Source: Mobula hypostoma (taxonomy: Eukaryota). From it: a stretch of 64,000 bases of DNA. Below are positions 22,980 through 31,944 of this stretch, piece after piece (the first letter of the stretch is position 1; each line of letters opens with the position of its first letter). Made by a program: the position numbers and the translations under genes. The stretch lies in assembly GCF_963921235.1 (NCBI RefSeq), contig NC_086109.1, positions 7,442,001 to 7,506,000 of the forward strand. The letters are read 5' to 3'. The notes under the pieces were generated by a model. The model was not told where the DNA came from, made no database searches, and saw only the letters and a list, made by a program, of their open reading frames with translations.

Positions 22980-24224
22980 TTATCTTCCTTTCCACCCACC
23001 TGCAAGATAACTGAGCAGAAATCCCCAGTGTGGAAAGGGAATGGGAAGCATTGAAATGTAGGCCTTAACAATGATTAACAGTAAACTTTAATATATTAGT
23101 TCAGGGAGTGCCGACAGAATGTAATTTCAGTTAAGCTCCATGTGTTATAAGTGATAATTTCAGAAACAATTCACCGGCTGCTATGCACTGCTTTAATTTC
23201 TAAATTGCTGTGTGCAAGAAGCTTAATGTAGCTTTTCTTATCTGTTATTAAAATATGTGTTTGATTCATTTTTAAAAAGCTGCAGTATTTAATATCTTTA
23301 GCCTTGGCATTAACAGTAGAGCTTATAAAAGCTTTGAACAGTTCAGGAGCAATTATTTTGTGTGGTGGGGTGACTATTTTCAAATCCCTTGCCATAACCC
23401 TTGTGTTGCATTGTTAAGGTCACAGAGATGACTTTAGATTCATCGCTTCAGCAGGCTTAAGAGAAGGACTGAAGAGTTGCACAGCAAGTAGGTGCCTTGT
23501 CCTTTATGGAGTGGTGTTTGATTGCGGAGATGCTGTAGATGAAAGCATCTATCATGGTCCGCGGTCCTGTCAGACCCTGGATACAGAGTTCCTGTAGATT
23601 CCGCTGCAGTTGATCGTGGTTTGACTTATTAAGTAGCTCCTCCTCGGCAAATCACAATTCCACAATGAAGAGCCCATTCTCTGTCGCTGCCACAGCAATT
23701 TGTTGTGGATCGGTTTCTGTTCCTCACGCTCTCCTTCATCTCGTCGAAACCCTGGGATTATTAAAAGGAATGCTCAGGGGAATTATAAGCAAGCCAGAAA
23801 CAAGAAAAGGAGCAATAACAATGTACAGCGCTGACTGCTGTCTGCTAAACTGCCGTGTTTCAGAAAACTTAATTCATCTCAGAAGAAAATTTGCACACGT
23901 TTGGGAGGGGGGTGGCAGTGACAGAGAGCAGACAGATTGCAGCTTCACCATTCTGAGGGAGAATCATTTTATATCCAAACATTCCTCAGCCATAAATATG
24001 TGCTCATTTATCTTGCGTGTTTTCACAGGCCATCTACTTTTGGTTAATTTGCACTAATTTTACACCTCAGATATACAGATTTCCTGCCGCGTCGACTTTA
24101 TATTCCCTCAGAAAAGCTGCCTGCTCGACAGCTGCTTTAACCCTTCGTGATCATCACTGAACCGTGGTGGAAACCGGCTCAAAGGCAGCACTGAATAACT
24201 TCGCAATGAAGCCACGGAAGTGTA

Positions 24225-24480
24225 GGGGTGAGTGCGACGGTATCACCGCTCAGAGTTCAGAGTTCAAAGTTCAATTCCCGGTGCGGTCTGCGAGGAGTTA
24301 GTACGTTCTGCCCGTGACTGCGTGGGTTTCCTCCCATAGTCCAAAGGTGTTTTGGTTAGTAGGGTTAATAGGTCATTGTAAATTGTCCTGTGATAAGGCT
24401 AGTGTTAAATCAGTGGGTTGCCGGTCGATGTGGCTGGAAGAGCCGGATATACGCTGCATCGCTAAATAAAATAAATAAAT
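24225..24480 (+). mobile_element. V-SINE (HE1-like)
   Basis: gttcaattcccggtgcggtctgcgaggagttagtacgttctgcccgtgactgcgtgggtttcctcccatagtccaaag...(taaa)n tail. Confidence 0.8.
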
Positions 24481-24817
24481 AAAACATTGTCCGAAACATT
24501 GACTGTACCTCTTCCTAGAGATGCTGCCTGGCCTGCTGCGTTCACCAGCAACTTTTATGTGCGTTAAATAAAACATTGAAGTCTGACATTGTGAAGGAAG
24601 GGATGCTTCACTTTCTAATCCTTTGTGCCTACATAACTTTATGATAAAATTTTCAAAGTTCTCGTTCCAGCAGGGAGATACGCTGTAACATCAGTGGAGA
24701 GACAATGAGTTATATCAGGTAAGTCCGCGTGCCCTGTATGGTTTCCAGATGGAGTTTCGATGGTGTGTGTGAAGGTGGGGGTGGTAGGGCTGGTTCTGGT
24801 GAAATAATGGCTTTGGA

Positions 24818-25060
24818 AGACCATAAGGCTATAAGACATAGGAGCAGAATTAGACCATTTGGCCCATCGAATCTTCTCTGCCATTCAGTCATGCCAGATC
24901 CTTTTTTCCGTTCCTCAGCCCCACTCCCCGGCCTTCTCCCTGTAACCTCTGATGCCATGTCCAATCAAGAACCTATCAACCTCTGCCTTAAATACACCCA
25001 ACGACCTGGCCTCCACAGCTGGTAACAAACTCCACAAATTTACCACCCTCCAGCTACAGA
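24818..25060 (-). mobile_element. CR1 3' tail
   Basis: agaccataaggctataagacataggagcagaattagaccatttggcccatcga is the reverse complement of the CR1 tail hairpin. Confidence 0.85.
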
Positions 25061-26046
25061 ATACAGAAATTTAGAGAGAGAGAGAGAGAGAGAGAGAGAT
25101 AATAAGACTGTGAGGAAGAACAGGCAGATAACAGGGCAAAATTGCAGTCAGTGGGATGAGTTGAAGTGTAACATGGGGACAAAGATGAAAAGGGTGACGA
25201 ATACAGGACTGAGAGTGTTTTATTTGAATGAGCACAGTATACGGAATAAGATCGATAATCTTTTAGAACGGTTAGAGATTGGTAGGTATGATGTTGTGGG
25301 CATCACTGAGTCGTGGCTGAAAGAGGATCACGGCTGGGAGCTTAACATCCAAGGATACACATTGTATCAAAAGATGAGCAGAGAGGGTGGGATGGATCTG
25401 TTGGTTAAACATGAAATCGTCATTAAAAGGAGGTGACATAGGATTGGAAAATGTTGACTTCTTGTGGGCAGAGTTAAGAAACTGCAACTGCAAACTACAG
25501 GCCTCCAGGGTGTGGGCTCCAAATTCCAATGGAAGATAGAAAACACATGTCAAAAGGGCAATATTACGATCATTCCGTCGTGGCTATCCCTCGAGGTCAA
25601 GGATGATGGTCTTCGTTGTGTTGATCTACTTATAGGCTCTCAAGTGGCTTATGAGTCCAATCTTGGCTTTGAAAGTTCTTCTGCATTCAGGACAGGTAGT
25701 TCCAGATGGCAGATCGGGCTTTGGTTGTTGCTGCCTCTCTTTCCATTTTCTTCTCTTTTCTTCTAATTCTGCACATCTGTCGGCTTCGAAAGTTGCTGTT
25801 CCTTCTCGGATGATGGCTTGCCAGCGCTTCCTGTCCTTGGCATTGGTTTCCCAATTGTTGATGTCGATGTTACATTTCTTCATGTTGGCTTCTAAGACGT
25901 CTTTGAATCTCTTCTGTTGTCCGCCTCTTTTACGTTTGCATTCTTTAAGCTGGGAGTAGAAGATTTGTTTCGGCAGACGTTCGTCTTTCATCCGAACAAC
26001 ATGACCGCTCCACCTTAGTTGGTTCTTGATGACGTAGGCTTCAATG

Positions 26047-27089
26047 TAAACAACAGGAATTCTGCAGATGCTGGAAATTCAAGCAACATACATCAAAGTT
26101 GCTGGTGAACGCAGCAGGCCAAGCAGCATCTATAGGAAGAGGCGCAGTCGACGTTTCAGGCCGAGACCCTTCGTCAGGACTAACTGAAGGAAGAGTGAGT
26201 AAGGGATTTGAAAGCTGGAGGGGGAGGGGGAGATGCAAAATGATAGGAGAAGACAGGAGGGGGAGGGATAGAGCTGAGAGCTGGACAGGTGATAGGCAAA
26301 AGGGGATACGAGAGGATCATGGGACAGGAGGCCTAGGGAGATAGACGGGGGGGGGGGGTGACCCAGAGGATGGGCAAGAGGTATATTCAGAGGGACAGAG
26401 GGAGAAAAAGGAGAGTGAGAGAAAGAATGTGTGCATAAAAATGAGTAACAGCTGGGGTACGAGGGGGAGGTGGGGCCTAGCGGAAGTTAGAGAAGTCAAT
26501 GTTCATGCCATCAAGTTGGAGGCTACCCAGACGGAATATAAGGTGTTGTTCCTCCAACCTGAGTGTGGCTTCATCTTTACAGTAGAGGAGGCCGTGGATA
26601 GACATGTCAGAATGGGAATGGGATGTGGAATTAAAATGTGTGGCCACTGGGAGATCCTGCTTTCTCTGGCGGACAGAGCGTAGATGTTCAGCAAAGCGGT
26701 CTCCCAGTCTGCGTCGGGTCTCACCAATATATAAAAGGCCACATCGGGAGCACCGGACGCAGTATATCACCCCAGTCGACTCACAGGTGAAGTGATGCCC
26801 ATCCTCTGGGTCACCCCCCCCCCCCGTCTTTCTCCCTAGGCCTCCTGTCCCATGATCCTCTCGTATCCCCTTTTGCCTATCACCTGTCCAGCTCTCGGCT
26901 CTATCCCTCCCCCTCCTGTCTTCTCCTATCATTTTGCATCTCCCCCTCCCCCTCCAGCTTTCAAATCCCTTACTCACTCTTCCTTCAGTTAGTCCTGACG
27001 AAGGGTCTCGGCCTGAAACGTCAACTGCGCCTCTTCCTATAGATGCTGCTTGGCCTGCTGCGTTCACCAGCAACTTTGATGTATGTTGC
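26047..27089 (-). mobile_element. Young 5'-truncated Penelope-like element: GIY-YIG endonuclease region plus pseudo-LTR and an inverted partial pseudo-LTR
   Basis: FTCESTGVIYCVRCSRCGLLYIGETRRRLGDRFAEHLRSV...VATHFN...LGSLQLDGMNIDF; 26796-27090 is an inverted copy of ~26082-26376; TSD taggcttcaatg at 26035-26046 and 27090-27101. Confidence 0.95.
26146..26181 (-). ncRNA. Minimal type I hammerhead ribozyme motif with intact core
   Basis: Minus strand reads AGUC-CUGACGA-AGG-GUCUCGG-CCU-GAAA-CG-UC/GACU: stem I AGUC/GACU, CUGANGA, stem II, GAAA, palindromic ACGU in place of stem III, GUC cleavage triplet. Confidence 0.75.
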
Positions 27090-30000
27090 TAGGCTTCAAT
27101 GCTTGTTGTTTTTGCTTCATTTAGCATGCTGACGTTGGTCCTTCCATCTTCCCAGTTGATATTTAAGATGTTTCAAAGACAGCGTTGATGGACGTTTTGG
27201 ATTTGAGAAAATTACAATCATTATGGGTGATTTCAATACACAAGTAGATTGGGAAAATCAAGTTGGTGCTGGAGCCCAAGACAGCTTTCAAGAATGTTAC
27301 AAAGAACTGAAACCACTAGGGGACAAAATGAACAACTGCATAAGACAGAGACAAAGAATACAAAGGAGATGGCTTTTTACAGCAGTTTGCGATTGGTCCC
27401 ACTATAGGAAATGCAATTCTGGATTGGGTGTTGTGTAATGAACCAGACTTAATGAGAGAGCTTAAGGTAAAGGAACTCTTAGGAGCCAGTGATCATAATA
27501 TAATAATAGACTTTCCCCCGCAATTTGAGAGAGAAAGAGAAGCTAAAGTCAGCTGTATCAGTATTACAGTGGAGTAAAGGGAATTACAAAGGCATGACAG
27601 AGGAGCTAGCCAAAGTTGATTGGAAGGGGACACTAGCAGGGATGACAACAGAATAGCAATAGTTAGAGTCTGGGGGCAATTTGGAAGGTGCAGGATAGAT
27701 CCGTCCCAAAGAAGAAGTATTCTAAAGGCAGGATTATGCAACCATGGCTGACAAGGGAAATCAAAGCCAACATAAAAGAGAAAGAGAGGGCAAGTAAGAG
27801 AACAAAAATTAGTGGGAAGCTAAAAGATTGAGAATCTGTTAAAACCAACAGATGGCAAATAAAAAAGCCATGAGGAGGGAGAAGATGAAATATGAAGGTA
27901 ATGTAGCCAATAATATCAAGGAGGATACCAAAAGGAGAAAGAAGTGAGTGAAAGGTCGGAACGTGGATTGGCCACCTGGATGGGCTACACCGCAGGGTTA
28001 TGAAAGAGGTGGCTGAAGAGATTGTGGAAGCATTAGTAATGATCTTCCGAGAATTACTAGATCCTGGTGTGATTCCGGAGGACTGGAAAATTGAAAATGT
28101 TACTCCACTCTTCAAGAAGGAAGAGAGGCAGAGGAAAGGAAACTATCGGCCAGTTAGCCTGACCCCAGTGGTTGGGAAGATGCTGGAGTCAATTGTTAAG
28201 GAAGAGGTCGCAGGGTACTTGGAGGCACATGATAAAATAAGCCAAAGTCAACGTGATTTCCTCAAGGGAAAATCTTGCCTGACAAATCTGTTGGAATTCT
28301 TTGAGGAAATAACGAACAGGATGGACAAAGAGGAAGCAATGGCTGTTGTGTACTTGGATTTTCAGAAGGTCGTTGATAAGATGTTGCACGTGAGACTGTT
28401 TAACAAGAATCCATAGTGTTACAGGACTGACATTAGCATGGATAGAGCTTTGGCTGATTGGCAGGAGGCAAAATGTGGGAATAAAGGGAGCCTCTTCTGG
28501 TTGGCTGCCGGTGACTAGTGGTGTTCCGGAGGGGTTGGTGTTGGGACTGTGTTTTTTTACATTATACGTCAATGATTTGGATGATGGTATTGGTGCCTTT
28601 GTGGCCAAATTTGCAGCTGATACGACGATCGGTGGAGGTGCAGGTAGTGTTGAGGAAGGGAGGCTGCAGAAGAACTTTGATGGATTAGGAGACTGGGCAA
28701 AGAAGTGGCAGATGGAATGCAGTGTCAGAAAGTGTACGGTCATGCAATTTCGTAGAAGGAACAAAAGCACAGACTACTTTCTAAATGGGCAGAAAATTCA
28801 AAAAAACAAGGTGCAAAGAAGCTTGGGAGTCTTCATGTAGGAGGTTAACTTGCAAGTTGAGTCACTGCTGAGAAAGGCAAATGCAATGTTAGCATTTATT
28901 TTAAGAGAACTAGAATATAAAAACAAGGATGTAATGCTGAGGCCTTATAAGACACTGGTGAGGCCTCACTTAGAGTATTGTAAGCAGTTTTGGGCCATTT
29001 ATTTAAGAAAGGATTTTTGAATTGGAGAAGGTTCCGAGGAGGTTCATGAGAATGATTCTGGGAATGAAAAGGTTGATGTATGAGGAGCGTTTGATGGCTC
29101 TGGGACTTTACTCATTGAAATTTCGAAGAATGAGGTGGGGGCTCGCATTGAAACCTATCGAAAGTTGAAAGGCCTCGATAGGGTGGATGTAGAGCGTTTG
29201 TTTCCTATAGTGGGGGACTCTGGGATCAGAGGGCAGAGCTACAGAACAGAGGGGCGCCCATCCTGAACGGATATGAGGGAGAATTCCTCTAGCCAGAAGG
29301 CTAAGAATCTGTGGAATCTGTTGCCACAGACGCAGCAGACGCCAGGTCATTGGGTGCATTTAAGGTGGAGGTTGACAGCTTCTTGATTGTCACAGCATGA
29401 AAGGTTACGGATGAAAGTAGGAGGTCGGGGTTGAAAGGGAAAATGAATCAGGCATGATGAAATGGTGGAGCAGACTCGATGGGCTAAATGACCTAATTCT
29501 GCTCCTATATCTTATGGCCTAAGACTATGAACAGTATTAGGTGCAGGAGATTCCAAATATATAGTGTATGTATTTTTAATTTATATTTCATAGCTCTTAT
29601 TATAATTTATGGTCTACTTTATGTATTGCAATGTACTGCTGCCACAAAAAAACAAATTTCATACCGTATGTCAGTGATGATAAACCTGACTCTGATCTCA
29701 TTACCGAGCCCCTCACTATGCAACAAGGTACAAGCAATGTCCTTGCATCGACCAGCATGATCTTAATCTCAACAAATTAACAGTGAAACATTACTTTAGC
29801 TCCACAGGAGGCAACAAAGAGAAATTCAACATTCAAGATTGTTTAATGTCATTTCCAGTGCACAAGTGTAAAGGAGAATGAAATAATTGTTACTCCGGGT
29901 CTGATGCAACACAAAAAAAACATAATGAGATAAAAAAAGTGCTGTAATAAAAACAGAATAAATATAAATATATACTGTACAGTAGCTTATATACATAAAT

Positions 30001-30155
30001 TGATTTTATGCCCATAAAGTGCCACTAGGCACTAGAGTGTCTGTACATAAGGTGACTCTGACAGGAAATGATTACAGAAGTGGTGGTGAGGATTGTGGAG
30101 GAGCAGGTTAGTATTATTTAAGTTGAAGTTCTTCAACTAACAAGAGTAAGGCAAT

Positions 30156-30723
30156 AACACAAGAGATTCTGCAGATGCAGGAAATCCAGAGCAACACACA
30201 CACACAAAATGCTGGAGAAACTCAGCAGGTCCAGGCAGCAGCTACGAGGGGGAATAAACAGTCGGCGTTTCGGGTCGAGACCCTTCATCAGGACTGGAGA
30301 GGGAGGGGGAGAAGCCAGACTAAGAAGGTGAGGACAGGGGACGGAGAACAAGCTGGCGGGTGACAGATTAGGGGGAAAGGGAGATGGAGTAAGAAGCTGG
30401 GATGTGATAGGTGGAAAAGGTAAAGGGCTGAAGAAGGAGGAGTCTGATAGGAGGGGGCAGAGGACCATGGGAGAAAGGGAAGGAGGAGACGCACCGGAGG
30501 GAAGTGATGGGCAGCTGAAGAGAAAAGAAGGGATGAGAGGGGAATGATTAAGTAGAGAAGGAGGGAGTGGGAAGAAATTACCAAAGGTTAGTGAAGTCAA
30601 TGTTCATCAAAATCGGGTTGGAGGCTACCCAGATGGAATATGAGGTGTTGCTCCTCCAACCTGAGTGTGGTCTCCTCATGGCAGCAGAGTGGGCCATGGA
30701 CCATCATGTCGAAATGGGAATGG
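30156..30723 (-). mobile_element. Penelope-like element 3' end (GIY-YIG C-terminus plus pseudo-LTR)
   Basis: Reverse strand encodes ...RLEEQHLIFHLGSLQPD, then a polypyrimidine UTR and a hammerhead-like motif at 30260-30295. Confidence 0.85.
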
Positions 30724-30832
30724 AAAATTCAATTAAACTCGAAAGTCGAAGCAAGCAGCTGAGAAGGAGTGAAGAGATCGGGTAGAAAAAAGTCATTTTT
30801 TTTAAACACTGCTCGGGGAGAAGGGTCTACAC

Positions 30833-30894
30833 TGCGCAGGCGCGTGACGTAGCGCGCCAAGGTTTAAAAGCAGACCACCATATACAGCGGCCAT
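30833..30894 (+). promoter_or_regulatory. Putative CR1 promoter cassette (NRF1-like, CRE-like, TATA-like and YY1-like motifs)
   Basis: tgcgcaggcgcg 30833-30844, tgacgta 30845-30851, tttaaaa 30863-30869, gcggccat 30887-30894, all within a CpG-dense patch. Motif matches only. Confidence 0.5.
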
Positions 30895-31014
30895 CGTCGG
30901 AGTGGACTGAGTCAGAGTGGGACGGCTTTGGCTCAAACAGGCTTCGGCGAGAACAGGCAGAGGCCAGGGTAGGTTCCGGTAAGTTTTTTGTTCAGATTGT
31001 TTAGAGTGGAGAGA

Positions 31015-31942
31015 ATGCCAGGCAGGATGTTGGAATGCTCCTCTTGCAGGATGTGGGAAGTCAGGGAGCCCTCCGGTGTCCCTGACAACGACACCTGCAA
31101 GAAGTGCATCCAGCTGCAGCTCCTGACAAACCGCGTTAGGGAACTGGGGCAGGAGCTGGATGACCTGCGGATCATTCGGGAGAATGAGGAGATTATAGAT
31201 AGTAGCTACAGGGAGGTAGTTACGCCAGAGGACAGGAAATTGGGTCACTGTCAGGCGAGGGAAGAGGAAAGGGCAGGCAGAGCAGGGTTCCCCTGTGGCC
31301 ATTCCCCTCAACAACAAGTATACCGCATTGGATACTGTTGGGGGGGATGACTTACCTGGGACTAGCTGCAGTAGCCGGATCTCTGGCACTGAGTCTGGCT
31401 CTGCAGTGCAGAAGGGAGGGGGAAGAAAGAGGAGAGCGGTAGTGATAGGGGACTCGATAGTTAGAGGTGCAGATAGAAGGTTCTGTGGTCGTAACAGAGA
31501 ATCCAGGATGGTTTGTTGCCTCCCGGGTGCCAGGGTCAAGGATGTCTCTGATCGATTGCATGACATTCTGAAGTGGGAGGGTGATCAACCAGATGTCGTG
31601 GTGCATATCGGTACCAATGACATAGCAAGGAAGAGTGAGGAGGTCCTGGACAGTGAGTATGGAGAGCTTGGTAGGAAGTTGAAAAGCAGGACCTTGAGGG
31701 TGGTAATCTCAGGATTGCTACCTGTGCTAGGTGCCAGTGAGGGTAGGAATAGGATGCTCTGGAGGAGGAACAAGTGGCTGAGGAACTGGTGTAGGGAGCA
31801 GGGTTTCAGATTTCAGGATAATTGGGACCTCTTCTGGGGCAGGTGGGACCTGTACAAGAGAGACGGGTTACATTTGAACCACAGGGGGACCAATATCCTT
31901 TCAGGGAGGTTTGTTAGTGCTATTGGGGAGGCTTTAAACTAG
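31015..31942 (+). pseudogene. CR1 ORF1 (Cys zinc finger, coiled coil, SGNH esterase domain) with one frameshift near 31230
   Basis: CSSC...CKKC, heptad-like LLTNRVRELGQEL; then in another frame GNWVTVRR...IPLNNKY...VIGDSIVRG...CCLPGARV...VHIGTND...RDGLHLN. Confidence 0.9.
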
Positions 31943-31944
31943 AT

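Larger units (their letters stand above)
25575..27210 (-). mobile_element. 5'-truncated RTE-clade LINE inserted in the CR1
   Basis: HQRCL*NILNINWEDGRTNVSMLNEAKTTSIEA|YVIKNQLRWSGHVVRMKDERLPKQIFYSQL...CPECRRTFKAKIGLISHLRA; TSD attacgatcatt (25563-25574) / attacaatcatt (27211-27222). Confidence 0.93.
25100..29528 (+). mobile_element. Degraded CR1 LINE ORF2 (APE endonuclease plus RT) to the 3' tail, hosting nested insertions
   Basis: LRVFYLNEHSIRNK...YDVVGITESWL; GNITII|MGDFN joined across the insert; IPEDWKIENVTPLFKK...NYRPVSLT...SCLTNLLEFFEE; VAKFAADT; multiple stops and frameshifts. Confidence 0.93.

Noticed and set aside
21297..23071. His/Thr-rich and Cys/Val-rich ORFs
   Set aside because: Translations of (CA)n/(TG)n microsatellites.
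26477..27073. 198-aa ORF as a novel GIY-YIG nuclease gene
   Set aside because: The N-terminal ~90 aa is the antisense read of the inverted pseudo-LTR fused by chance to the Penelope endonuclease; there is no ATG start and no RT.
30754..30763. TSD for the full-length CR1 (aagcagctga versus aaccagctga at ~34952)
   Set aside because: Imperfect, and the 5' boundary cannot be fixed without a family consensus.
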